Shown here: piece by piece, positions 19,510 to 29,699 of the stretch
Layout of the letters: every line of letters starts with the position of its first letter
Position numbering within the stretch: the first letter of the stretch is position 1
Source of the DNA: Alphaproteobacteria bacterium
GTDB lineage: Bacteria; Pseudomonadota; Alphaproteobacteria; SP197
DNA length: 64,000 bases
Assembly: GCA_965215635.1 (NCBI GenBank)
Contig: CBDCEA010000004.1
Coordinates: 731,157 to 795,156 of the forward strand
Direction: 5' to 3'
Made by a program: the position numbers and the translations under genes
Notes under the pieces: model-generated
The model's input: the letters and a program-made list of their open reading frames with translations, nothing else
Told to the model about the DNA's origin: nothing
The model's database searches: none

Positions 19510-20709
19510 ATGACAATCGTGAACAAAGACCCGGAAATCTCCGCGTTCAGGTGGGACGATCCGTTCCATCTGGAGGACCAGCTGACCGAAGACGAACGCA
19601 TGATCCGCGATTCGACGCGCCAGTTCTGCGAGGAGTATCTGGCCGCGCGCGTTCAGAAAGACTTCCGTGACGAGACCGGTGACCGCGAGATCATCGCGCG
19701 CATGGGTGAAGTCGGCCTGCTCGGACCGACGATCGAAGGCTACGGCTGTGCCGGCATCAGTCATGTCGCCTATGGCCTCATCGCCTTCGAAATCGAAAGG
19801 GTCGACAGCGCCTACAGGTCGTCGGCATCGGTGCAATCCAGTCTCGTGATGCACCCCATTCACGCCTATGGAACGGAAGAACAGTGCCGGAAATACCTGC
19901 CGAAACTCGCGAGCGGCGAGTTGGTCGGCGCCTTCGGCCTCACCGAGCCGGACCACGGCTCGGATCCGGGCAGCATGGCGACACGTGCCACGAAGGTGGA
20001 CGGTGGATATCGGATCAGCGGCGCCAAGATGTGGATCTCGAACGCGCCCATCGCCGATGTCATGGTGATCTGGGCAAAGGACGACGAGGGCCGGATCAGG
20101 GGGTTCCTGCTCGATCGTGGCATGAAGGGGCTCTCGACACCGAAGATCGAGGGCAAGTTCAGCCTGCGTGCCAGTCCGACCGGCGAAGTCGTCATGGACG
20201 ATGTCTTCTGCCCGGCCGAGAACGTGTTTCCCGACATACGCGGTCTCAAGGGGCCGTTCGGATGCCTCAACAATGCGCGCTACGGAATCGCATGGGGAGC
20301 GCTCGGTGCTGCGACCTTCTGCTGGCAGGCTGCTCTCAACTACACCCTCGAGCGAACCCAGTTCGGCCGTCCGCTGGCCGCGAACCAGCTGATCCAGAAG
20401 AAGCTTGCCGACATGCAGACGGAGATTGCCATCGGACTACAGGCATGCCTGAGGGTCGGACGCCTCAAGGACGAAGGCAGGGCGAGCCCTGAGATGATCT
20501 CCATCATCAAGCGCAACTCATGTGGCAAGGCGCTCGAGATCGCGCGCAATGCCCGAGACATGCATGGCGGTAATGGCGTGAGTGACGAATACGGCGTGAT
20601 ACGCCATATGCTGAACCTCGAGGCGGTCAACACCTATGAGGGCACACACGACATCCACGCCCTGATCCTGGGACGCGCTCAGACCGGCATTCAGGCCTTC
20701 ACAGACTGA
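19510..20709 (+). CDS. gcdH: glutaryl-CoA dehydrogenase-like acyl-CoA dehydrogenase
   Basis: The ATG at 19510 ([34 protein letters not shown]) gives the typical GCDH N-terminus. Other blocks are [14 protein letters not shown] and [14 protein letters not shown]. Confidence 0.8.
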   Translation: MTIVNKDPEISAFRWDDPFHLEDQLTEDERMIRDSTRQFCEEYLAARVQKDFRDETGDREIIARMGEVGLLGPTIEGYGCAGISHVAYGLIAFEIERVDSAYRSSASVQSSLVMHPIHAYGTEEQCRKYLPKLASGELVGAFGLTEPDHGSDPGSMATRATKVDGGYRISGAKMWISNAPIADVMVIWAKDDEGRIRGFLLDRGMKGLSTPKIEGKFSLRASPTGEVVMDDVFCPAENVFPDIRGLKGPFGCLNNARYGIAWGALGAATFCWQAALNYTLERTQFGRPLAANQLIQKKLADMQTEIAIGLQACLRVGRLKDEGRASPEMISIIKRNSCGKALEIARNARDMHGGNGVSDEYGVIRHMLNLEAVNTYEGTHDIHALILGRAQTGIQAFTD

Positions 20710-21320
20710 CCACGTCGGCAGCTGAAGCAGTGACCTTGCCGCAGGTCGCCTGAAGACCGGGTTTGACATGCGGGGCCCGAAAGACCTGTGTCGCGCGGTA
20801 CGGAGGTTTCGGATTGGAAACTTCCATGGCTGGCCTTGATGGCCGGACATGCTGGTTCGCTCGAACTGGTGGACCCGCGGGATTTGATGGGGCAGCCTGC
20901 GTCCACGCAAGGAGTCCCGTTAGCCCGGTGATCAAGGACATGAGACCTTCAAGTGTTTCTTCCGTTGTACCGAAGTCCGGAACGTGGCGGGGAATCCCGT
21001 TGCGCGATTGCCTGCGTCTTCAGGCAAGAACACGCATGGGCCCGGTTCACCTCACGTGAACGGGCCGATGCTCATTGGCAACGGGAACTGAAGAGATTAC
21101 CCCGGCGGTGGAGTGGCCTTGTCAGGAGTAGTAGAGTGGGCGTGTGGAACCGTCCGCGTTTCGTCCCTCTGCGCACCGGCCGGATACCGGTGCCGCTCGC
21201 GTTCCCTGTCAGGCAGCCGTCGGACACGCGGGCTCATGATTTTCCGCACGGCGCTTCGTTGAGGCTTGCAGGAGACGAGCACCGGTCCTATCTCAGATGC
21301 GAAGGACGCAGGATCGAGAC

Positions 21321-22334
21321 ATGACGCACAGTCCCGGGCATCTTCCCGGCAGGTTTCCGTCAACCAGGATGCGGCGCCTCAGGCGGTCGCCGTGGCTGCG
21401 GTCCATGGTGGCCGAAAACACCCTTGTCGCATCCGATCTCATTTGGCCGGTATTTTTGTGCGAGGGAACGAGCGTGCGCGAGCCGGTTGAATCGATGCCC
21501 GGTGTCGACCGGCTCAGCGTCGATCTTCTCGTCGAATCGGCCCTCGAAGCCCGGGATCTCGGCATTCCCTCGATCGCCCTCTTTCCGCACACGTCTGAAG
21601 ACGCCAAGAGTGCGGATGGCAGGGAGGCGTTGAATCCGGACAATCTCGTGTGCCGCACCATCTCGATCCTGAAGGCGCGCGTCGAAGGCCTCGGCATCCT
21701 GGTCGATGTCGCACTCGATCCCTACACGACCCATGGCCATGACGGGGTGATGTCCGGCGACGAGATCCTGAACGACGAAACCGTCGAGATCCTCACCCGC
21801 CAGGCTGTGGTCCAGGCCACTGCCGGATGCGACATCATCGCACCCAGCGACATGATGGACGGCCGGGTGGCCGCGATCCGCAAGGCGCTCGATGACGGTG
21901 GATTCGAACACGTGCCGATCATGGCCTACGCCGCGAAGTATGCGTCCGGTTTCTACGGACCATTTCGCGATGCCGTCGGATCCGCTTCCAGTCTCGGCGA
22001 GGGCGACAAGCGAACCTATCAGATGGAGCCGGCCAATTCGGACGAAGCCTTGCGTGAGGTCGCTCTGGATCTCGAGGAAGGCGCGGACATGGTCATGGTC
22101 AAGCCGGGCATGCCCTATCTCGATATCGTGCGCCGCGTGAAGGACACATTCGGTGTCCCCACGTTCGCCTATCAGGTGTCCGGAGAGTACGCGATGATCG
22201 AGGGAGCGTGCCGCAACGGTTGGCTCGATCGCGACAAGGTCTGGCCCGAAACGCTGGATTGCTTCAAGCGCGCCGGCTGCAACGGCATCCTGACCTATCA
22301 CGCCCTGGAATTCGCCCGCCGCCTCAAGGCCTGA
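21321..22334 (+). CDS. hemB: porphobilinogen synthase (delta-aminolevulinate dehydratase)
   Basis: The ATG at 21321 gives RMRRLRRSPWLRSMVAENTL, followed by PSDMMDGRV, YAAKYASGFYGPFR and MVKPGMPYLDIV (Schiff-base lysine). Confidence 0.9.
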   Translation: MTHSPGHLPGRFPSTRMRRLRRSPWLRSMVAENTLVASDLIWPVFLCEGTSVREPVESMPGVDRLSVDLLVESALEARDLGIPSIALFPHTSEDAKSADGREALNPDNLVCRTISILKARVEGLGILVDVALDPYTTHGHDGVMSGDEILNDETVEILTRQAVVQATAGCDIIAPSDMMDGRVAAIRKALDDGGFEHVPIMAYAAKYASGFYGPFRDAVGSASSLGEGDKRTYQMEPANSDEALREVALDLEEGADMVMVKPGMPYLDIVRRVKDTFGVPTFAYQVSGEYAMIEGACRNGWLDRDKVWPETLDCFKRAGCNGILTYHALEFARRLKA

Positions 22335-22395
22335 TGGACGGATGACCCGTTCCTGTGGGATTGTTTTCTCCCAGTCCCAACCAGGGTTGTAGTCC

Positions 22396-23559
22396 ATGCC
22401 GGAAGGACCGCTCGGCGGCATCACGATCATCGATCTGACACGGGTTCTTGCGGGCCCCTACTGCACGATGCTGCTTCATGACCTCGGTGCGCGGGTCATC
22501 AAGGTCGAGCAGCCCGGCGGGGGTGACGAGGCCCGTGGAACCGGGCCGTTCCTGGGATCCGTATCGGGCTACTTTGCCTCGATCAATCGCGGCAAAGAGA
22601 GCATCGTCCTCGATCTCAAGGACGACAGCGACCGCGACGTATTCGGCGCGCTTCTCGATATGGCCGATGTGCTGGTCGAGAACTTTCGACCGGATGTCAT
22701 GGAAAGGCTCGGTTTCGGCTGGAACGTTCTCCATGAGAGGTATCCAGCGCTCATCTACGCGGCCGTTTCGGGGTTCGGCCAGAGCGGGCCCTATCGCGAC
22801 AGGCCAGCCTACGACATGGTGGTCCAGGCCATGGGCGGTCTCATGAGCCTCACGGGACACCCGGGAGGCGGCCCCACACGCGTCGGCACTTCCGTCGGCG
22901 ATATCACGGCCGCTCTCTTCACGACCGTCGGCATCTGCTCGGCCCTCTACCATCGCTCGCTGACCGGCAGGGGACAGATGATCGACGTCGCGATGCTCGA
23001 TTGCCAGGTCGCGATTCTGGAGAACGCGATTGCGCGCCATGGAGCCACCGGCGAGATCCCGGGCCCGCTGGGCGCACGCCATCCCTCGATCGTTCCGTTT
23101 GCAGCCTTCACCACGAGGGACGGCCACATCGTCGTCGCGGCAGGCAACGACGAGCTGTTCCGGCGACTCTGCAACGTCCTCGGTCTGGGCGAGCTTGCGT
23201 CCGATCCCCGCTTCACCACCAACGCCAGGCGAGCCGAAAACGTCGATGCCCTGCAGGACGCGATGGAAGCCGTGCTCGTGACGCAGGATACCGGACGCTG
23301 GCTCGGTATGCTTCAGGACGCGCGCGTGCCCTGCGGCGCCATCAACAATGTCGCTGAGGTCATGTCGGATCCCCAGGTTCATGCCCGCAACATGATCGTT
23401 GCCGCCGAGGATCCGGAAGCCGGACACATCAGGATGTCCGGCAACCCCATCAAGCTCTCCGCCTTTGCGGATCCGGCGACCCGCGGCGCCGTGCCGAGGC
23501 TGGATGAGCATCGAAACGCGATCGTTTCGGAACTTCGGACCGACAGATCTCCGACATGA
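22396..23559 (+). CDS. family III CoA-transferase (CaiB/BaiF type)
   Basis: The 387-aa ORF has ITIIDLTRVLAGPYCTMLLHDLGARVIKVEQPGGGD and ENFRPDVMERLG. Confidence 0.85.
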   Translation: MPEGPLGGITIIDLTRVLAGPYCTMLLHDLGARVIKVEQPGGGDEARGTGPFLGSVSGYFASINRGKESIVLDLKDDSDRDVFGALLDMADVLVENFRPDVMERLGFGWNVLHERYPALIYAAVSGFGQSGPYRDRPAYDMVVQAMGGLMSLTGHPGGGPTRVGTSVGDITAALFTTVGICSALYHRSLTGRGQMIDVAMLDCQVAILENAIARHGATGEIPGPLGARHPSIVPFAAFTTRDGHIVVAAGNDELFRRLCNVLGLGELASDPRFTTNARRAENVDALQDAMEAVLVTQDTGRWLGMLQDARVPCGAINNVAEVMSDPQVHARNMIVAAEDPEAGHIRMSGNPIKLSAFADPATRGAVPRLDEHRNAIVSELRTDRSPT

Positions 23560-25934
23560 GGATCGTACGGAAAGCCTTCAGGGTCGTCTTCATCCTTGCG
23601 GTTCTTGTTCTGGCGGGAGCCGTCGCCCTTTTCTTCTGGCTGCGGACATCCCTTCCCCGGATCGAAGGCGACGTGGCCGTCGAAGGCCTCGGGGACGATG
23701 TCGAAATCCTGCGTGATGAATGGGGCATCCCCCATATCTTCGCGCAATCTCCCCGGGACGCCTATTTCGGACTGGGCTTTGCGCATGCCCAGGACCGCTT
23801 CTTCCAGATGGAGATGCAGCGCCGCGGGGCGCAGGGCAGTATCTCCGAACTCCTGGGTTCCCTTGCCCTCGAGCGTGACCGTTTCCTGCGTCTGCTCGAT
23901 CTCTACCGTGCATCGCGTTCGAGCTTCGCGACCCTGTCGCCCGAAACCCGCGAAACGCTCGAGGCCTATGCGGCAGGCGTCAACGCCTGGCTTGCAACCC
24001 GTGACGGACCGGCCGCACCCGAACTGGCGCTTCTTCTCGCGGACCATCCGGAATCCTGGCACCCGGCTGATTCCGTTTCATGGCTGAAGATCATGGCCCT
24101 TCTGCTTGCCGGAAACTGGCGAGAGGAAGCACTCCACGCCGCCGTCGCGGAAAGACTCGGACCGGAGAAGGCCGCGAGTTTCTTTCCCGCATTCCCACAA
24201 GACAGTCCTGCCATTCTCGAGGCGGCCCAAGGCATCGATTTCACGGCACTTTCGTTCCTCTTCGATCGCCTGCTTGGCACTCCGGGCAAAGGATCCAACA
24301 ACTGGGCGGTAAGCGGCAAGCACACGGCCTCCGGATATCCGCTGCTCGCCAACGATCCCCATCTTGGCTACGCCATCCCGTCAGTCTGGTATCTCGCCCA
24401 TCTCGAGGCGCCGGGATTTTCCGTGGCGGGCGCGACCCTGCCGGGCATGCCACTGGTCGTCATTGGAACCAATGGACGGATCGCATGGTCGCTCAGCAAC
24501 ACGGGTCCAGATACCCAGGACCTCTTCATCGAGCGCCGCGATCCCGACGATGCCGATCGCTACCTTGCACCCGATGGCCCGGAACCGTTTGCCGTGCGCG
24601 AAGAGACCATCGTCGTGCGCTTCGGCACGGACGAACAGATCACCATGCTCGAAACCCGGCATGGTCCCGTGCTGACAGGGATCGTCGACCGCCTCCCGGG
24701 CGATGCCGATGATGAAGAGGTGCTGTCCCTTGCATGGACCATGCTCCATGACGATGACCGCAGCATGGAATCGGCGCTCGCACTCCACACGGCGCAGAAC
24801 TGGCAGGATTTCACCGCCATCGCCCGGTTCTATGCCGGTCCGATGCAGAACATCATCTATGCGGACAGGGATGGAAACATCGGCCTGCTGGCACCGGGTT
24901 TCGTGCCTGTACGCCGCTCCGGCGACGGCCGCCTGCCGGTCGAAGGCTGGACCGGTGAATCGGACTGGCTCGGCCGGATACCGCTTCACGACCTGCCAAG
25001 GACCTTCGATCCGCCGTCGGGTATCCTCGCGGCCGCCAACAACCGCCTTGTGGGCGAGAACTATCCCTACTTTCTCAGCCACCGATGGGAACCGGGCTAT
25101 CGTGCAGACCGAATCCGCGAGGTACTCGGTTCACACTCCCGTCACGATCTCGAGAGCTTTACCCGCCTCCAGCTCGATAACCGGTCGGGACTCGTCGAAG
25201 CCTTCCTCGGCCATGCGCTCTCCGGAGAACCGCAGACCGTGGCCGGACGCCTGCTCCAGGTTCATCTCGAGGCATGGGATCTTGCCATGGATACGGATCT
25301 CGTGGCGCCTACGATCTTCCATGCCTGGTACCGGGAATTCACCCGTTCGATCTACGAGGACGAGATGGGCGAACTGTTCGAGACGGCCTGGTGGCACCGT
25401 CCGGAATTCGTCCTCGGTCTTCTCAATGACGATTCTCACGGCTGGTGCAGCAACGCCGAAACAGGTGAGAGCGAAAGTTGCTCGGAACTCGCGGTCGCAG
25501 CGCTCGACAAGGCGGCGGTGTTCCTTCGGGAAAAGTTCGGCGGAGATCCTGCCGACTGGGTCTGGGGAAAGGCGCACGCTCTCGACATACGGCATCCCCT
25601 GTTCGGGTTCGTGCCGGTTCTCGATGACCTTACGGGTGTCAGCCTGCCACTGGGCGGAGACCGCCACAGCGTTGCCGCCGCCGACTATGCCTTCAGTTCG
25701 GATTCAAGGGTCTTCACCACCGTCCACGGTCCTGCACTTCGCGCCGTGATCGACCTCGAAGAACCCGTGACGGGACACTTCATCATCATGCCCGGCCAGT
25801 CGGGCAATCCATTTTCCCCGTTCTACGACAACATGACCGAGCGCTGGAACGCCAACCGGCCCCTTGCCATCGTTCTGGGACGGGAAATGACCGGTGCAGC
25901 CACCCGTCTTGTCCTGACGAGCGGCAACGAGTGA
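23556..25934 (+). CDS. penicillin acylase-family Ntn hydrolase (acyl-homoserine-lactone/penicillin acylase-like)
   Basis: The 792-aa ORF has an N-terminal membrane/signal segment, the autoprocessing nucleophile context GKGSNNWAVSG, and ANDPHL. Confidence 0.85.
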   Translation: MRIVRKAFRVVFILAVLVLAGAVALFFWLRTSLPRIEGDVAVEGLGDDVEILRDEWGIPHIFAQSPRDAYFGLGFAHAQDRFFQMEMQRRGAQGSISELLGSLALERDRFLRLLDLYRASRSSFATLSPETRETLEAYAAGVNAWLATRDGPAAPELALLLADHPESWHPADSVSWLKIMALLLAGNWREEALHAAVAERLGPEKAASFFPAFPQDSPAILEAAQGIDFTALSFLFDRLLGTPGKGSNNWAVSGKHTASGYPLLANDPHLGYAIPSVWYLAHLEAPGFSVAGATLPGMPLVVIGTNGRIAWSLSNTGPDTQDLFIERRDPDDADRYLAPDGPEPFAVREETIVVRFGTDEQITMLETRHGPVLTGIVDRLPGDADDEEVLSLAWTMLHDDDRSMESALALHTAQNWQDFTAIARFYAGPMQNIIYADRDGNIGLLAPGFVPVRRSGDGRLPVEGWTGESDWLGRIPLHDLPRTFDPPSGILAAANNRLVGENYPYFLSHRWEPGYRADRIREVLGSHSRHDLESFTRLQLDNRSGLVEAFLGHALSGEPQTVAGRLLQVHLEAWDLAMDTDLVAPTIFHAWYREFTRSIYEDEMGELFETAWWHRPEFVLGLLNDDSHGWCSNAETGESESCSELAVAALDKAAVFLREKFGGDPADWVWGKAHALDIRHPLFGFVPVLDDLTGVSLPLGGDRHSVAAADYAFSSDSRVFTTVHGPALRAVIDLEEPVTGHFIIMPGQSGNPFSPFYDNMTERWNANRPLAIVLGREMTGAATRLVLTSGNE

Positions 25935-25963
25935 CGGCTTCCATGCTTGAGGGGCCGTGAACC

Positions 25964-26755
25964 GTGCAGACCTGCAGCCTGAAAAGGGGAAACGCCCCCC
26001 TTGTCCTGAGTTTCCCCCACATCGGCACCTGGCTTCCCGCCGACATCGCCGACACGATGACGCCCGTCGCCCGGCATCTCCTGGATACCGACTGGCATGT
26101 CGACCGTCTCTACGGTTTCGCAGAGCGCCTCGACGCGACCGTGCTTGTGGCCACCCATTCCCGGTATGTCATCGATCTCAACCGCGCGCCGGACGACCGG
26201 CCGCTCTATCCCGGTGCGGACAACACCGAGCTTTGTCCGCTCACGACCTTCGATCACGAAGCTATCTATCTGCCCGGCCAGCAACCGGACACGGCTGAGA
26301 TCGAGGAGCGTCTGAGGCGCTACTGGCAGCCATTTCACGCCGCACTTGTCAGCGAGGTCGGCCGCCTTCTGGAACGTCACCGGCGCATCCTGCTCTGGGA
26401 TGGCCATTCGATCCGCTCGCATGTCCCGCGGCTTTTCGACGGCCGTCTTCCCGATCTCAATTTCGGCACTGCAGACGGAACCACAGCGCACCCGGACCTG
26501 CTGGAATGCGCCGTCAGGCCGGCACGCGATCACAAGTCCTTCAGCGTCGCCTCGAATGGCCGCTTCAAGGGTGGTTACATCACGCGCCGTTACGGCGAAC
26601 CGTCGAAGGGCGTTCACGCCATCCAGCTGGAACTCTCCCAGAGGACCTACATGGAGGAGGAACTTCCGTTCCGCTGGCTCGACGAGGACGCCGAAGTTAT
26701 CGCGCGGACGATCAAGGAATCTGTGACCGCCGCGCTCGCTTGGGTCGCCGGCTGA
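25964..26755 (+). CDS. N-formylglutamate amidohydrolase family protein
   Basis: The 263-aa ORF has LSFPHIGTWLP, SRYVIDLNRAPDD, WDGHSIRS and FKGGYITRRYG. Confidence 0.8.
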   Translation: MQTCSLKRGNAPLVLSFPHIGTWLPADIADTMTPVARHLLDTDWHVDRLYGFAERLDATVLVATHSRYVIDLNRAPDDRPLYPGADNTELCPLTTFDHEAIYLPGQQPDTAEIEERLRRYWQPFHAALVSEVGRLLERHRRILLWDGHSIRSHVPRLFDGRLPDLNFGTADGTTAHPDLLECAVRPARDHKSFSVASNGRFKGGYITRRYGEPSKGVHAIQLELSQRTYMEEELPFRWLDEDAEVIARTIKESVTAALAWVAG

Positions 26756-26759
26756 TCTC

Positions 26760-27275
26760 TCAGGACCACTCCAGATCCGAGATATCCGGGCTCAGCGAGC
26801 GGTAACCTCCCCGGAAATAGAGGAGGGGCGCCGCGGGATCGCCCACCATCATGTTGAACGCCTCGCCGACGAAGATGATATGGTCACCGCCGTCGTAGTG
26901 GAAGCGGGTGTAGCACTCGAATCTGGCAAGCGATCCGGGAAACAACGGACACTGTGTCACGCCAGTCTCGTATTCAATATCCTTCCACTTGTCGATCGAC
27001 GCACGGGCGAACGTGTCGGAAAGATCTCGCTGCCTGTCCGAAAGGATATTGACGGCGAAGAAATCGGAACTCTCGAACTTGTTGAGACTGTGCGCCTCGC
27101 GGGACAGGCTGAACAGTATCATGGGAGGATCGAGTGAGACCGCGTTGAACGAGTTCGCCGTGATGCCCAGCAGTTCGCCGCCGCGCGTGCAGGACGTGAT
27201 GATCGTCACACCGGTTGCGAACATGCCAAGCGCATCACGCAACTGGCGTTTCGTGAAGGTACGCTTGCGACTCAT
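26760..27275 (-). CDS. flavin reductase (NAD(P)H:FMN oxidoreductase, RutF/HpaC-like)
   Basis: The 171-aa ORF has FATGVTIITS...GITANSFNAVSLDPPMILFSL. It is convergent with the amidohydrolase gene, and the LLM monooxygenase in this window is a plausible partner. Confidence 0.8.
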   Translation of the reverse strand: MSRKRTFTKRQLRDALGMFATGVTIITSCTRGGELLGITANSFNAVSLDPPMILFSLSREAHSLNKFESSDFFAVNILSDRQRDLSDTFARASIDKWKDIEYETGVTQCPLFPGSLARFECYTRFHYDGGDHIIFVGEAFNMMVGDPAAPLLYFRGGYRSLSPDISDLEWS

Positions 27276-27344
27276 GGCATCACCCGTGACTCACAATTTT
27301 TATACCAGCACTGGCCGCACTTCACAATCTCGCCGCCTCATGGG

Positions 27345-29335
27345 CCAGGGCCAATCATTGTCTGCGTATTCTGTGAGTAGGATCATGACGATACCGAAAG
27401 TCGTGGACACGTCTCCATGGAGCGGCTACAACGCCTTCCGCCCGGATCGGGAGGCGTTGTATGGATCTGTCCGAGGTCGTCGTGGAGCCGGTTGCGCCGA
27501 ACGACGAAGCGGCGTTCCGGTGCCTGATGCAGACTCATCATTATCTTGGGGCTCTGCCAAAGATCGGTGAGACGATCTGGTATTGGGCACGGTGGCGTAC
27601 GCAAACCGTGGCGTTGCTGAGCTTTTCCGCGCCGGCGCTCAAATGTGGCGCACGGGATCGCTGGATCGGCTGGGATTTCCGCATCCAGTACGACCGGCTT
27701 CATCTGATCACGGCCAACACGCGTTTCCTGATTCTTCCGGGCTGGCATCGCAAGAACCTCGGCTCACGGGTGCTGGCCCTGTGCCGCAAGCGGCTTGCCG
27801 GCGACTGGCCGAGACGTTTCGGCCATCGCGTGCTCGCGCTTGAGACTTTCGTCGACCCCAGCCGCTTCGAGGGTACCGTCTACAAGGCCGACAACTGGAT
27901 CGAGGTCGGCCGCTCGGGCGGCTTCCAGCGCTGCCGCGGCGGCTATGCCGCTGAAAAGGTCACACCCAAACTCGTCTTCGTCAAACCGCTTGTCGCCGAT
28001 GCCAGGGCGTGCCTCGGCGCACCCCGGCTGGCACAGGCCGACCATCATGGAGGTTCCAGACGCATGATCGCTGCAGACCAGATGCGGGCCCTGCCCGCCT
28101 ACTTCAAGGGCGTCCCCGATCCCCGGAAAAAGTATGGAAAGCGCTACACGATCGAGACCATCCTCGCCATCGCCAGCGCCGCAACCCTGTGCGGCATGAG
28201 CGGCTACAAGGCGATCGGCGAGTGGGCACAGGACTTGAGCCAGACGGCCCGCAAGCGCTTCGGATGCCGACGCCGAAACGGCGTCTTCCAGGCGCCCACC
28301 ACCAACACCATCCGCGAGCTCCTGATCAGGGTCGTCCCCGAAGATCTCGACCACGCCCTGGCGCGCTGGAACAAGGATAACACCTGCCACGACCAGGCAA
28401 TCGCGCTCGACGGCAAGACCCTGTGCAACGCCGTCAACGACGACGGTTCCCGAACCCATCTGCTCGCCGCCGTGGGCCACGACTCCAAGACGACCCTGGC
28501 TAAAAAAAAACGGTCCTGAAGGACGATGACAGCGATAACATCAAGAGAACCAACGAAATCGGCGTCGTCATCCCCCTGCTCGAAACCCTCCAGGATACCC
28601 TGCCGGGCACCACTATCACCGTCGATGCCCTGCTCACACAACGAAAGCTCGCACGCTTCCTCCACGACCATCACGCTCACTACGTGATGGTCGCCAAGGG
28701 CAACCAGCCCACACTCCGGGACGCCATCAAACTCTTCTTCCGAGAGCGCAAGACCCCCGACTGGAGCGAACCCGACGCCAAACCCGATCACGGACGAAAA
28801 GAGAGCCGCACAATCTGGACCACGACAGAACTCAATGACTACATCAGGGACGAAATCAAGTTCCCCCATGTCCGGCAGGCTTTCTGCATCCACCGAACCC
28901 GCACCACCGTCAAGACCGGAGAACGCGCCGAAGAACTCGTCTACGGCGTCACAAGCCTCAGCCCCGAGGACGCCGATGCAAAGCGCATTCTCGAACTCAA
29001 CCGGAAACACTGGACCATCGAAAACAGTTGTCACAACATCCTCGACACCGCATGGCAGGAAGACAAATCCTGCATCCGAAAAGGTCATGGACCTGACAAC
29101 ACCTCACGCCTCAGGCGCTTCGCAATCGGCCTCATCAAGGCACGCGGGATGGATGTCAAACCAACAACACTGCGCCTCAACAGAAAACTCAGAACCGTCT
29201 TCGACTGGTTCAAAATGACCGCCAACTCTCAGCCCCGATCCTGAACCGGCGCAACAACTCATATACCTCAAGAAACCCTCAAACTCGACATCACCAACAC
29301 AGGAACAGCAATGAAAAAGAACTGATTTGCCCTGG
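27345..29335 (+). mobile_element. ISAs1-family insertion sequence (boundaries tentative)
   Basis: Candidate imperfect terminal inverted repeats are CCAGGGCCAATCATTG (27345-) and the reverse complement of CAACTGATTTGCCCTGG (..29335). They bracket the DUF4338-ISAs1 transposase gene. Confidence 0.4.
27461..29244 (+). pseudogene. DUF4338-domain / ISAs1-family (H-repeat, DDE) transposase fusion, needs a -1 frameshift at an A9 run
   Basis: ORF 27461..28519 has the DUF4338-like blocks HHYLG, RDRWIGW, NTRFLILP, LETFVDPSRFEGTVYKADNW, then the ISAs1 N-domain DPRKKYGKRYTIETIL. The frame breaks at A9 (28502-28510). The -1 frame continues KRTNEIGVVIPLLE...TVDALLTQ...VMVAKGNQPTL...HWTIENSCHNILD (ORF 28684..29244). 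Confidence 0.75.
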
Positions 29336-29699
29336 GGACGCTGCTGACTTCAGCAGCGCGCGGCGCTGGGTGCGGCGGCGGGTGTTGTTGGTTCGGTCGT
29401 GCCTTTCGATTTTCCTGGGTCTGGAGCCGGTGCTGTTCGCGGGGGTTGCGCTGCTGATCGGCGCCGTGGCGGGGCGACTGGATGACCCCGTGGCGTTGAT
29501 TGGGCTGCGCCGGCTCGGCTCATCGCGGCTTTCCCTCATTCCCTATCCGGTCGGCTTTGACTTGCGTCGGCGTCGCGTCGGATCGCAAACGGGCCCGCCA
29601 ACAGAAGATGGCTCTGCTCGGGCTGCCGCCTTTCTCCGATGATGCAGTTACGGACCGCGCAGGGTCCGTGACGCAAGCAGAGAGAAAGGGGGCTCCTCG

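Noticed and set aside
20710-21320. A ~600-bp intergenic region upstream of hemB with several hairpins (for example GCCCGGTTCAC...GTGAACGGGC at about 21040-21066). It could be a riboswitch or sRNA.
   Set aside because: I recognise no match to any riboswitch/sRNA consensus (cobalamin, SAM, 6S, SRP, tmRNA). The small ORFs there look like shadows. It is left unannotated.
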